63,500 nt of DNA, filler included, from Octopus bimaculoides (GCF_001194135.2; 8 parts of 8 records of this genome joined end to end with filler, not necessarily neighbours in it); one strand, 5' to 3'; shown: positions 50,646 through 63,430, counted from the first letter of the whole stretch. The notes: generated from the sequence alone by a model not told the origin. A program made the numbers and translations.

Positions 50646-50985
50646 GAAGGTGCGTGGCTCAGTGGTTAGAGTTTCAGGCTTGCAATCATAAGGTAGTGAG
50701 TTCGATTCCCAGACCAGGCTGTGTGTTGTGCTTTGAGCAAGATGCTTTATTTCATGTTGCCCCAGTCCACTCAGCTGTAGGAATGAGTTGCGATGTCATT
50801 GATGCCAAGCTGTATCGGTCTTTGCCTTTCCCTTGGACAACATTGATGGTGTGGAGAGGGAGGCTGGTATGCATTAGTGACTGCTGGTCTTCCACAAACA
50901 ACCTTGCCTGGACGTGTGCCTCAGAGAGGAACTTTCTAGGTTCAATCTCTTGGTCATTCGTGACCAAAGAAGGCTTTTACTCTTT
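50646..50985 (+). mobile_element. tRNA-derived SINE, family D
   Basis: GAAGGTGCGTGGCTCAGTGGTTAGAG..GAGTTCGATTCCCAG A/B boxes; homologous to 22365-22677. Confidence 0.85.
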
Positions 50986-52568
50986 TATCTGCTTGTCATA
51001 AGGTTTGTTGAGTCCATTATATAATGAATATGTAAGCAATCATGGAAGTAAACACAGACTGGTTTTACACAGATATCAGAATGGATAGGAACAAACTTCT
51101 TTGGACTGGTACCAATTTCGCATTTAGGACCCTGGCTGGGTAGCCATGTATCTACAGCAGCACACCTGTTTCTGCCCTTATTCTTGATCACTCTCTCCTC
51201 CTCTTGTTTTTCCTCTGACTAGGTAACGAAGTATCTCCTTTACATCAGCACACTTGTTTCTATCCTCTTTCTTGCACCTCTCTCTCACTCTCTCTCTTTC
51301 TCTCACTGGGTGGCCATGTACCTCCTCTATATCAAGACACCTGTTTCAGCCTGTCTCTGTCTCGCTCTAACCTTTCATCATCTGACACTGGATCACCTCC
51401 TCCAATACCCCATCTGTTATAGCAAGATACCTGTATCTGCCTCACTGTCACACTCTAACCTTTCATCTTACACAAGTTCCCCTCCTCAAATGCCCCTGCT
51501 CCTCTCAAAATTCCTTGTTTTGCAAGTTACTTAGTGACCCTGCCAGTACTGGTACCATGTAAAAAGCATCCAGTCCACACTGTAAAGTGGTTGGCATTTG
51601 GAGGGGCATCCAGCCATAGAAACCCTGCCAAAACAGACACAGTAGCCTGGGATAATCTTCTACCTGGCCAGCTCCTGTCAACCGTCCTACCCATGCATGC
51701 ATGGAAGACAGATGTTAAATGATGATGGTGGTGGTGGTGGTGGTGATTCATAATATCTTCTCAAATTTCTACAGAAACCATAAAAAAGTTTTAAGGCATG
51801 GCTGATTGGTAAGAAGCTTGCTTCCCAACCACATGGTTCTAGGTTCAGTCCTCCCCATGTGATACCTTAGGCAAGTGTCTTCTACTATAGCCTTGAACGA
51901 AGCCTGTTAAATATATATATATATAAGAAAAAACAAAATGGAGAAATTGATATGCTGACATCAATTTATTGAAACAAATCCAATTTCGAACAATATCAAA
52001 CTCATAGATCCTACAATCATTTCCATGCCCATGTGAAGCTAACATCTTTTAGTATTTCACTACTACACTGGATAAAACCAGGGAACCTGGATGCTGACAT
52101 CCCTTTAAGAGGTATTTATATCCTTGAAATAAATTAAGTACCAGTTGTGTACTGGGTTCGATCTAATCAACTGGCCCCCTCCCCACAAAACACAAAAATT
52201 TCAAGCCTAGAAAAGTATATTGTCTCAGTTACAGAATATAGAAAGTAATGTAACACCAATGACTATATAAGCCAATCAAAATATCTCGGTTACAGAAACG
52301 TAAACGGAATTGCTATTTAACCTTAAAATACATTGTACATATTTAAAGAGCCTTTTTGGTTTGGTGGTATGGAACATTTTTCTGGTCATTTGACAGTGGC
52401 CATGCTGGAGCACCACTCCTTAGTCAAAATTGACCCCTGGACTTATTCCCTGTAAGCCTGGTGCTTATTCTATCAGTCCCTTCTTCTGAACAGCTAAATT
52501 ACAAGGACACAAACACACCAACATTGGTTTTCAAGCAATGGTGGTAGTGGAACAAACACAGACACAAA

Positions 52569-52614
<46 letters not shown>

Positions 52615-54431
52615 TACATACAACGGGCTTGGAGGTAGTGGTGATGCTGGCTGGTGCAATTTTGTGGTTTGCTGGTATGTCAAGAGAGATCCAGCAAACC
52701 CCTAACTGGTTTCCTGATCTTAAAAGTGTAATGATGGAGCAGCTGGTGCAGTGGTCTTCCTCACAGTACTTCATGCTAGACAATATTTTGTGTGTATGTC
52801 ACATCACGTTTTTGGCTTTGTCTGTTATCCCAATTGAGTGTCATAACTCTTACTTTGATATTGTTCATAGCTCGTGCTCTTGAAACTGCAACTTATAATT
52901 GGCCATGAGAAAATACTGGTTGAGGCAAATGTATTCTAACTTTTTCAAATGTTTGCCCTTGAGCCTTATTAATTGTCATTGAATATGCAAGTCGAAGTGG
53001 AAACTGAAGTCTGTTTAGTGTGAATGGAATATTTGCATCACTTGGGTTAAGGTTAATTTTGGGAATTAGAACTGTATGACCTCTGTTGGAGCCTGTTACT
53101 AATAATGCCTCTACACATTGTTCATGAAGTCTTTACACTTTCATGCAAGTTCCATTACATAATCCTTGACTGATTGAAAGATTTCTTAGCAGCATTACAA
53201 TAGCCCTTTTAAGTTGAGGTGATGAGGAGGTATACCGGATGGAGTGAGTGAGTTTATGAATCTGAATGGATAGTTCTGAACCTCCTCTTCATTATTGCAG
53301 GACACTGAATCTGCTTAAAGTACATTTTAAGTGCCTCTGATATAATATTAAGAACTTTTTCATTTATTGCAAGACAGAATTTTTAGGAGATAAAATTACT
53401 CATTTCTCCATTTCTTCTGGCATGCAGTTGTTGAAATTTTCTGGGTACAAATGTACAAATTGAAATACAAAAGAATGAAATAAGAAATGGATTTATGAAT
53501 GAAAGTTTGGTAATTGCGTTTATTTCCACTACACGACACTTATTATTGCAAACATGTTTTAACTAACCTAAACTATACACACACACACAAATACATTCAT
53601 ATATNNNNNNNNNNNNNNNNNNNNNNNNNNNNNNNNNNNNNNNNNNNNNNNNNNNNNNNNNNNNNNNNNNNNNNNNNNNNNNNNNNNNNNNTATATATAT
53701 ATATATGTATATGTCTCAAGTTGTAGCTGTAATTCAAAGGGTCCAGCCTTGTCATATTGTGTGTGAGGCCGAATCTCCCTGAGAACTATGTTAATGTTAT
53801 GCATGTCTGTGGAGTACTCAGCCATTTGTGAGTTAATTTTATCCTCGTGTGGTAATGAAAAGTGAAATTGACAGCCAATATTTGCTGTGTATATGTATCT
53901 ATATATGAACTTTCCTTTGGATTTATGTATCTACTGTGTCTCTCACCTTCTCTCTTTCTCTTTCATTTCCTTTGTGTCCCTCATCTTTCCCACTTTTGAT
54001 TTAACAATGTGTATATATATCTATGTATCTACTTCTCTTGCGATGTGATAAACATTTAAAAACACAAAACAAATGCCGTCACTACTCACTGTCTCTTTCA
54101 CTCTCTCTCTCTCTTTCTCTCTCTTTTTCTCTTATCTCTTACATCATTTCTGAAACATTTAAAAACGCAAAACGAACGTCATCACCACTCACTGTCTCTT
54201 TCTCTTTCGCTCTCTCTCTCACTCTCTCTTTCTCTCTTACTTCCTCTCTGTCCTCCTCTCTCTCACTCTGCCACTTCATTGAAGTAAGTGTGATGCACAC
54301 ACAACAGGTACGTACAAAAACAAAAAGTTAGCGTATTAATATTATTGATGATGATATATGTAACCACATGTGAACCATTGCCGATTATTTTCCTCCATTT
54401 TCCTTTTCTCTTACACTTTCCTCTGTCCCCT

Positions 54432-54466
54432 GTTTCTGAAGAAGAACTATGCTCGAAATGTAAAAC
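54432..54466 (+). ncRNA. Minimal hammerhead ribozyme motif (predicted, partly mutated)
   Basis: Stem I GTTT/AAAC, canonical CTGAAGA(A), stem II GAAC-TAT-GCTC (one mismatch), GAAA-T-GTA. Confidence 0.45.
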
Positions 54467-54558
54467 CAACTTTCTTTCCTTCCCTGAATGTCTGCTAATA
54501 CTTCGTGTTGTTTTTTTTCTTGTGTTTGTTCTTCGTTTATTGGGGATTTACTATATAT

Positions 54559-54658
54559 NNNNNNNNNNNNNNNNNNNNNNNNNNNNNNNNNNNNNNNNNN
54601 NNTTAATTAATTAANNNNNNNNNNNNNNNNNNNNNNNNNNNNNNNNNNNNNNNNNNNN
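54559..54658. other. Artificial scaffold linker
   Basis: 44 N + TTAATTAATTAA + 44 N. Confidence 0.95.
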
Positions 54659-55264
54659 TATATATATATATATATTTGCATAAACAAGCACAACGCACAC
54701 TCACACACACATATGTTTTGGGAGTTTATATACATACATACATACATACATACATCTGTATGTATGCATGTATTAGAGATACTTTTCCCGTCGCTTTACG
54801 TTCCGCGTTCAAATCTCGACGAGGCCAGTCTTTAATTGCGAGATCGATAAAATAAAATCCTAGTTAAGAATTGGAAATGATATAATCTACAGGATAGCCT
54901 ACTCTGAAAATTGCTCTCCTTATACGCGAGCGCCAACACACGCACACACATACACACACACACACAAATACACGTATGTATATATATAGATATATACCTA
55001 TATATATATATATATGTATGCATGTATTCATATATATCCACATATAAATACATGTACATGCATGCATACGTATTGTATGTGTGTACCTCTGTGGGTTTTC
55101 TTTTTATGCATGACACCGCTTTAAAAAACCGGTGTATGTTCAATGTCCCGCTACCTAGCGGTGCGAGAAATATTTATCGTTAGAATATAGTACCAGATTT
55201 AGTAGCTTCTGAAATGCAGGTTTAATTTTATCAAGGTGATGTCCCAGCATGCCTCTAACTATAC

Positions 55265-55450
55265 CTGTGTATGTGTGTGTGAGTGTGTGTGTCTGTGTGT
55301 GTGAGTGTGTGTGTCTGTGTGTGTGAGTGTGTGTGTCTGTGTGTGTGAGTGTGTGTGTCTGTGTGTGTGAGTGTGTGTGTCTGTGTGTGAGTGTGTGTGT
55401 CTGTGTGTGTGAGTGTGTGTGTCTGTGTGTGTGAGTGTGTGTGTCTGTGT
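55265..55450. repeat. Compound (TG)n minisatellite with periodic GAG/GTC interruptions
   Basis: Repeating TGTGTGTGAGTGTGTGTGTC-like unit. Confidence 0.9.
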
Positions 55451-56385
55451 GTGTGTATCTGTCCAGATTCGCACACACACACACACATACACATTCATAT
55501 ATTCATTTGCATACACACACACATATAAATATATGTATATGCATACACATATTTGTGTTTATGAGTTTTCGTTACCTTATCTGAACAAAAAAAAAATACA
55601 ACTATAAATGTTAGCTCACCGTTGGAGAGCTATTGCATATGTAGAAAGGTAGGAACATAATGTCGGAATTGTTACAAAGTTGACTGCGTGGCACCTTTCT
55701 TAAATGTCATGTTGCACAGGTTCGTAAATAGGGTAGACGGAAACTATACTGAAGCTCAAAAGGTGGACTGTGCTTGCTATTCAATTCAAAAGTTATCGCT
55801 TTCTAGCACATTTTGTTATTCTTCATGAGACCTGAGAATTATGTTTTACTACTACACGTGCCTGTGAAATGCCCAACCACTTATTAGCTATTTCATTTAA
55901 TGGAATATCTTAATCCTCATCATCGACGACGGAGATCCACCACCATATCTGTACGTGTTTGTGATTGTTATTCAACCATTGAATAAATAACTCCAGTTAA
56001 AAAATTGTAATTCCCTAAATTTCTATCGCGTTCAAGTCATTCCTATTCAGATACACTTTAACTCAAATTTATTCGGATAATAATTAGTATGTTAAGAGCA
56101 TCGAGTGGAATTGGAGGGTAATTAACTGCTATTTCTATTAGTGCCAGCGAATAGGTCGTTAGCGAGCGAACCGAAGAATTAAAGAGTATTTCATTAATGT
56201 TTCGTTCCAGTTTACATCAGTTCGGTATAATTACCTTGAAGCATGCGTTCATTCGTGACTACATTGTTAGGATGGGGAGAGAGGTGATACATCTAAGAAT
56301 CCATACAACCACATAACTGTGTATGTGCATGTATATGTGCGTACATACAAATATACATTTATATATTATATATATATATATATAT

Positions 56386-56485
56386 NNNNNNNNNNNNNNN
56401 NNNNNNNNNNNNNNNNNNNNNNNNNNNNNTTAATTAATTAANNNNNNNNNNNNNNNNNNNNNNNNNNNNNNNNNNNNNNNNNNNN
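56386..56485. other. Artificial scaffold linker
   Basis: 44 N + TTAATTAATTAA + 44 N. Confidence 0.95.
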
Positions 56486-56529
56486 AATATAAAGAATACA
56501 CAGAAAATGGTAAATGTAATATCACTCAC

Positions 56530-56742
56530 CAGTTTACCATCAAAATTAGGGTCCGTTTTAGAAGCTGAGGAATAGTAAACATTTTCCAGGTTTCTACTCT
56601 TTTATTGTTCGATGAGAAAATGTTGACGATTTCTGTTTGAGGCAAAACTGTTTTATTCAGTTTGGCGATGTTGCTAAGAATTTTGTTGGCATCTTTTGTT
56701 CTCTTTTTATTGAGGAGCCATCGGGGAGATTCGTCTAGGAAA
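56530..56742 (-). CDS. Internal exon of an SLC22/organic cation transporter-like MFS gene (post-TM6 loop to start of TM7)
   Basis: FLDESPRWLLNKKRTKDANKILSNIAKLN...MFTIPQLLKRTLILMVN carries the ESPRWL signature; acceptor tttgcaag, donor TG|gtgagt; 213 nt, phase 2-2. Confidence 0.88.
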
Positions 56743-58436
56743 CTTGCAAATAGGAAACGGAAAACCTCATCAATACAACCGCATACACACACATATATAC
56801 GTACACACACATATATACGTACACACACTCATATACATGCACACATACATACATACATACATACATACATGCATACATACATTGGTAGATAAATAGACAT
56901 CTGTTCAAGATGAAATACAGTGAGACTGAACCCAGAACCATGCGGTTGGGAAGCAAACTTCTTACCACACAGCCACACCTGTTAAAAATCAAGTAAAGCC
57001 TATATTTAAAGCGTCCTAAACAAGTAAAGCCTATATTTAAAGCGTCCTAAAAAAATTGTCGTATTTCGGTAATTTCAACCAATCACTGACGTCTCTAAAC
57101 AACGAATGCTTTCCCCGCAAAGCTGGATTCAAACGAAGATACAGGTGTTAGATCAGAGTTTTCCTTCCCCCAGAGAGATATCTAAACAAAGACTAAGGGT
57201 TCTTCGCCCCCAGCTGTCCTTTGATGGGTTTTACTTCTCATCCTGGAGGGTGTCCGACATAAACCCCTNNNNNNNNNNNNNNNNNNNNNNNNNNNNNNNN
57301 NNNNNNNNNNNNNNNNNNNNNNNNNNNNNNNNNNNNNNNNNNNNNNNNNNNNNNNNNNNNNNNNNNNNNNNNNNNNNNNNNNNNNNNNNNNNNNNNNNNN
57401 NNNNNNNNNNNNNNNNNNNNNNNNNNNNNNNNNNNNNNNNNNNNNNNNNNNNNNNNNNNNNNNNNNNNNNNNNNNNNNNNNNNNNNNNNNNNNNNNNNNN
57501 NNNNNNNNNNNNNNNNNNNNNNNNNNNNNNNNNNNNNNNNNNNNNNNNNNNNNNNNNNNNNNNNNNNNNNNNNNNNNNNNNNNNNNNNNNNNNNNNNNNN
57601 NNNNNNNNNNNNNNNNNNNNNNNNNNNNNNNNNNNNNNNNNNNNNNNNNNNNNNNNNNNNNNNNNNNNNNNNNNNNNNNNNNNNNNNNNNNNNNNNNNNN
57701 NNNNNNNNNNNNNNNNNNNNNNNNNNNNNNNNNNNNNNNNNNNNNNNNNNNNNNNNNNNNNNNNNNNNNNNNNNNNNNNNNNNNNNNNNNNNNNNNNNNN
57801 NNNNNNNNNNNNNNNNNNNNNNTTCTTCTTCTTCTTCTTCTCCTCCTTCTTCTTCTTCCTCCTCCTCCTCCTCCTCCTCCTCTTCTTCTTCTTCTTCTTC
57901 TTCTTCTTCTCTGCCAAGAATTCACAACGATCTCGAACCCACAAAAGTAAACAAGAGAGACAGAGACAGGCAGAAACAAGGAAAATGCCCCTTGTATTTG
58001 AATACTATGCAAGTATTCTTTTAAAAACCTTTTCCTTTAATTTTTCCAAAATTTAATTGTTTTCCACGCTTACAGTTGAAATAGTCTCAATAACTAAAAC
58101 CGGGACTGAAATGTTTTTTATAAAATTATTTTAGCATTTTCTACCTTGACTTTTTTATATATATATATACATATATATACATATATAAATCCATACGTCC
58201 ATACATTCATATACTCATAGTACATACATGCAAACATTAATATATACACCCAGTCGTACATACATACACGCATCAATACGCTCATATGTACATGCACACA
58301 TCCAGCCATGCATATACATAAACATCCATACATGCATACATACATAGATCCATTGATCATATAACCATGTGTACGCACACATCCATCCATCCAGTCAACC
58401 AGCCAGCCAGCCACCCTTATATACATATATACCTAC

Positions 58437-58608
58437 CAGACATAGACGATAGCGAACACCAGTGACGGGATTGATATTATGATCATCAAAGCCCTCCAGG
58501 TCCTCACAAAATAAGTCAATAGAGAAATGATCATGTATCCGATGGTAAACATCATTTGGATGGCAACGGAAGATTTCATTCTACTGTCCACCGAAGACAC
58601 TTCAGCAG
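58437..58608 (-). CDS. Internal exon of the same SLC22-like gene (TM4 end to TM6)
   Basis: AEVSSVDSRMKSSVAIQMMFTIGYMIISLLTYFVRTWRALMIIISIPSLVFAIVYV has the E...R and R.WR.L motifs; acceptor ttctag, donor TG|gtaggt; phase 1-2, compatible with the next exon. Confidence 0.88.
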
Positions 58609-58721
58609 CTAGAATTTGATACAATGATGACAAAGAAAAGTGATGACAACAATAACGAAGATGATGATATAAAGAAGGAATTTATAATGCACTCACACAT
58701 GCACGCGCATGTGTGTGTGTG

Positions 58722-58761
<40 letters not shown>

Positions 58762-58861
58762 NNNNNNNNNNNNNNNNNNNNNNNNNNNNNNNNNNNNNNN
58801 NNNNNTTAATTAATTAANNNNNNNNNNNNNNNNNNNNNNNNNNNNNNNNNNNNNNNNNNNN
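58762..58861. other. Artificial scaffold linker
   Basis: 44 N + TTAATTAATTAA + 44 N. Confidence 0.95.
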
Positions 58862-59616
58862 ATATATATATATATATATATCTATGTATATATATCTATA
58901 TATATATATATCTATATATATATATGTATATATGCATGTATGTATATATATATATACATATATCTATATATATATATATGTACATATGTGTGTGTATATA
59001 TGTATAGGAGAGTATTGTAGTTCGCTTGAAGCATTGTGTATTGTTTGTAAAGAATAAAAAGTTTTGAATGGTACAACAATGCACTATAATACAAAAAATG
59101 GACTATATACCTATATATATATATATATATGAATAACCAAGGGTTGATACTGCTATACAAACGTGTTCACTTGTTCATTACTTAGAATTTCATTGGAAGG
59201 TGTAACGCATACGTATCCAAGCGTGACATTGGATATTCACACATTTTGCAAGTTGTTAATCTACGTGTTCGCATGCGTGTCTTCATATGCATATTTACAT
59301 ATCATATATATATGTGTGTGTGTGTGTGAATGTGTGTATGTATATGTCCATGCGGGGATACAGGTGTGTGCGCGTGCTTATGAGTGTGTCTCTGCGTGCA
59401 TAAGTGAGCGCGCGCGCGTATCTTTGTGCTACTGTATTTAATTAAGGCGCTAAAATGTGTTTTAGCTGAGATTTGTCACTTGACCTCACAATTTATCGAC
59501 CGTGTATTGACTCGTTTTTTCCTGATAAAGAAGATAAGAATTGTTTTTCAAACTAGTTCGCTGTCACTACTACATGAATAACTACTTGAAACTGTTCACA
59601 TGACACAAAACAAGCA

Positions 59617-59960
59617 ATGGGCATTTTCCGCCAGATATTTTTCGTCTGTGTCATTTTCATGATTATATCCGTTTCTGTTTATATTTATCAATTTGAATAT
59701 AATCTGAAGGACCTACAAAACATTTCGGACTCGACTTCAACAACAGAGAAGTTTGTTTCCAACACAAGGTATTCCTCTCGGTTGTTTCCAAGTAAACAGC
59801 CTGGAAACGATCGTATCGAAGCTCAAATGAAATATGTCCTACCAACAGAGGAAAGATGGGAAAGTTATAAACGGAATAGGCACCAAAATCAGTCAGATGC
59901 TGATCGAAATGTAAAGTTAAAACCAATTAGCCGAAAGTTTAAAACGTTGTTAATATACAG
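59617..59960 (+). CDS. N-terminal coding part of a type II membrane protein, probably an alpha-1,3-fucosyltransferase (GT10-like); truncated by a gap
   Basis: ATG in caagcaATGG; 114 open codons of non-repetitive sequence; short basic N-tail, hydrophobic anchor IFFVCVIFMIISVSVYIY, stem, and RLFP..PGNDRIEAQMKY.LP..KTLLIY, which resembles invertebrate FucTA N-termini (recalled, unverified). Confidence 0.55.
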
Positions 59961-61147
59961 NNNNNNNNNNNNNNNNNNNNNNNNNNNNNNNNNNNNNNNN
60001 NNNNNNNNNNNNNNNNNNNNNNNNNNNNNNNNNNNNNNNNNNNNNNNNNNNNNNNNNNNNNNNNNNNNNNNNNNNNNNNNNNNNNNNNNNNNNNNNNNNN
60101 NNNNNNNNNNNNNNNNNNNNNNNNNNNNNNNNNNNNNNNNNNNNNNNNNNNNNNNNNNNNNNNNNNNNNNNNNNNNNNNNNNNNNNNNNNNNNNNNNNNN
60201 NNNNNNNNNNNNNNNNNNNNNNNNNNNNNNNNNNNNNNNNNNNNNNNNNNNNNNNNNNNNNNNNNNNNNNNNNNNNNNNNNNNNNNNNNNNNNNNNNNNN
60301 NNNNNNNNNNNNNNNNNNNNNNNNNNNNNNNNNNNNNNNNNNNNNNNNNNNNNNNNNNNNNNNNNNNNNNNNNNNNNNNNNNNNNNNNNNNNNNNNNNNN
60401 NNNNNNNNNNNNNNNNNNNNNNNNNNNNNNNNNNNNNNNNNNNNNNNNNNNNNNNNNNNNNNNNNNNNNNNNNNNNNNNNNNNNNNNNNNNNNNNNNNNN
60501 NNNNNNNNNNNNNNNNNNNNNNNNNNNNNNNNNNNNNNNNNNNNNNNNNNNNNNNNNNNNNNNNNNNNNNNNNNNNNNNNNNNNNNNNNNNNNNNNNNNN
60601 NNNNNNNNNNNNNNNNNNNNNNNNNNNNNNNNNNNNNNNNNNNNNNNNNNNNNNNNNNNNNNNNNNNNNNNNNNNNNNNNNNNNNNNNNNNNNNNNNNNN
60701 NNNNNNNNNNNNNNNNNNNNNNNNNNNNNNNNNNNNNNNNNNNNNNNNNNNNNNNNNNNNNNNNNNNNNNNNNNNNNNNNNNNNNNNNNNNNNNNNNNNN
60801 NNNNNNNNNNNNNNNNNNAGAGAGAGAGAGAAAGAGAGAAAACTGCATGACCGCTCAAGTATTTCCTTTTTTAATTTATATGACGTCCAAGTTATTATTA
60901 CGCTTTAGTCCCCCCCCCCCGTTTTCTCTTTAGTTAAAACAATCATTGTGCATAGAGGTTACATTGAACATTAGCTGCGGGAATTGAAATCTTGTTAAAC
61001 ATCAAGCATACAACAACTAAAAGACTACAAGAAAAGTAATTCCTTTGAAAATATATTCTTTTCTACTCTAGGAATAAGGTCCGAAATTTTGGGGGATGGG
61101 GCCAGTCGATTAGATTGAGCCCAAAACACAACAGGTACTTAATTTAT

Positions 61148-61247
61148 NNNNNNNNNNNNNNNNNNNNNNNNNNNNNNNNNNNNNNNNNNNNTTAATTAAT
61201 TAANNNNNNNNNNNNNNNNNNNNNNNNNNNNNNNNNNNNNNNNNNNN
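61148..61247. other. Artificial scaffold linker
   Basis: 44 N + TTAATTAATTAA + 44 N. Confidence 0.95.
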
Positions 61248-61339
61248 AGTAACATTAAAATCATATATTCGTCATCCAAAACAGGAAAAAAAGAAACCTA
61301 CATCTCCACCACCACTGCCACGATAACTACTACTACTGC

Positions 61340-61590
61340 AAAAAGCGGTCCCTGCTACGACTACGACTACTGCTATGACTACGACTACTGCTACGACCAA
61401 CAGTCGCTGCTACTGCTGCTATTACGGTCACTACTACTACTACTGCTACGACCAACAGTCTCTGCTACTGCTGCTATTACGGTCACTACTACTACTACGA
61501 CCAACAGTCTCTGCTACTGCTGCTATTACAGTCACTACTACTACTGCTGCCACTGCTGCTGCTAGTACTGCTGCTGCTGCTTCCTCTACT
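61340..61590. repeat. Trinucleotide-derived minisatellite (about 3 copies of a roughly 50-bp unit)
   Basis: ACGACCAACAGTC(G/T)CTGCTACTGCTGCTATTAC(G/A)GTCACTACTACTACT repeated three times. Confidence 0.9.
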
Positions 61591-61942
61591 ACTACAACCA
61601 ATTAACTACTGCTGCTTACACGGACAGAGGTCACTCCCGTTTACCATTACGAACACGGTCACTAATACTACTATAGCCAACGATTCAAGTCAACGCACTA
61701 GGCAGCCATTATATCCCCCACAAAAAGCACTCCCCCGTGGACTATGTTGACACCAGTAAGAAACAATTATGAACTTTTCTTTTTATTACAATTATAAACT
61801 TTTCTTTTAATTACATTTTCTTTTATAAAAATATGTATTTTTGATAAGGTTCGTTTTTTCAAGAACCGAAACCTGTAAAATATCTCTGAGAAAATTATAA
61901 ATTAAAATTTATTTTATATAGTGGCGTTTTCAAACTTCATTT

Positions 61943-61990
<48 letters not shown>

Positions 61991-62059
61991 TATAGACATA
62001 TTATAGATATACACATGATTCAGCACACGTAACTGGTTTAGTAGGTATATATTATTATC

Positions 62060-63430
62060 AGAACTTCAACTGGAAAACTTAAAATTGGAGGGTGGTTTAT
62101 ATATTGATGACCTCTTATTACTAAGTAAGAATTGCAACAATAGAACATTAGAATTATATAAGATGAGACTATGTAGTTTTTTTTAAAGAAATGGATTAAA
62201 GATTACGATATATAATGAGAATTATAATATAAATTATTTAGATGCCAATTTTAATTTCTTAACAGGTAAAACCCAGCCTTACCATAAAATTAATGAAAAT
62301 ATTAAATATATTAATGGTAAAAGTAATCACCCACCCTCAATTAAAAAATTGTTAATATATACTATAATTAAGAGAATATCATTACTTTCTTCCAATTTAG
62401 AGATCTTCAAAAAACATGCACCTTATTACCATGATGCCCTTCGTAAGGCGGGATATACAAATAATATTCAATTCTTTAATAATCTGAAATATAATTATAA
62501 TATTAATGATTATAATATTAATGATCCATTTATTTTTTTATAATAAACATAACATTAAGAATTATGATAAGGTCTACTTAGGTAATTATGGTAAGAATAA
62601 TAGGTATTATGATAATAAAAAAATATAAACATAAACATTATTGTAATGAACAAAATAATAGGATTAAATTTAATTTATTTAATGATAATAATAAATTTAA
62701 TAATATAAATAATAAATATAATAATATCTGTAATAAGAACAAACTTTGGCTAATCATTCCTTACAGCGTAAAAGTTAAAACTAACATTATTAAAGAGATT
62801 TTAAATATAATTGATAAATTCCTTAGAAATAAAAAAAAATATGATAATATCTTTTCTAGGAGTAGATTATTCTACTAATAATAATGTTGGTATCATTATT
62901 TCTTTTTTAATAGATTTAAGTTAAATAAGTACTACAAATATCAATTAAATACTTATTCTAATAAAAATAATAAGGACCAGGATATACTTAATTGTACATG
63001 TAGAGATAAGACAAAATGTAAATTTAATAATAAATGTGATCTGAATGATGTGGTGTATAAATGCATAGTGACTTTGAAGGAAGGGAATAAATTTAATGGT
63101 TATAATTTAAATAAGTTTTACATAGGATCGACTTCGAATAAAATTAAATTACGTGTGCCTCAACATATGCACTCCTTTAAGAATAGAAATTTGATTAATT
63201 CTACTGGCCTTACTAAATATATTTGGGAACTAAAATCTGAAAATATTAAGTACATTTTAAATTGGGAGATAGTGTGTAAGGCGAAATCTTATCGTATAGG
63301 TAATAATTTTTATAAGTTGTGTGCTGATGAATTTAAGGAGATATAATTAAATAATAATAATACTTTGATTAACGCTCTGGATGAACGGAAAATTAAATGT
63401 AGACGTAAATTAAATTATTTATATAATAAG
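62060..63430 (+). mobile_element. Penelope-like element (RT C-half + CxCx5C linker + GIY-YIG), pseudogenised
   Basis: GGLYIDD (YIDD 62100-62111), PYHKINENIKYINGKSNHPPSIKK, RISLLSSNLEIF..YHDALRKAGY, CTCRDKTKC, VVYKC..FYIGSTS..TGLTKYIWELK. Confidence 0.9.

Noticed and set aside
52629-52883. 84-aa ORF, or a 36-nt exon (V)VMLAGAILWFA(G)
   Set aside because: The ORF start is non-ATG and abuts a truncated SINE, the acceptor lacks a pyrimidine tract, and there is no recognisable homology.
54659-56385. Next SLC22 exon (W...YYG motif)
   Set aside because: No matching open frame with splice sites found on the minus strand of this segment.
61340-61590. CRISPR-like repeat array
   Set aside because: Units are contiguous tandem copies with no unique spacers, in a eukaryotic context; the same applies to 55265-55450.
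62990-63430. Selenocysteine-type (UGA-recoded) PLE
   Set aside because: The Cys positions of the linker and nuclease are ordinary TGT/TGC codons here and at 6013-6465; no SECIS recognised.
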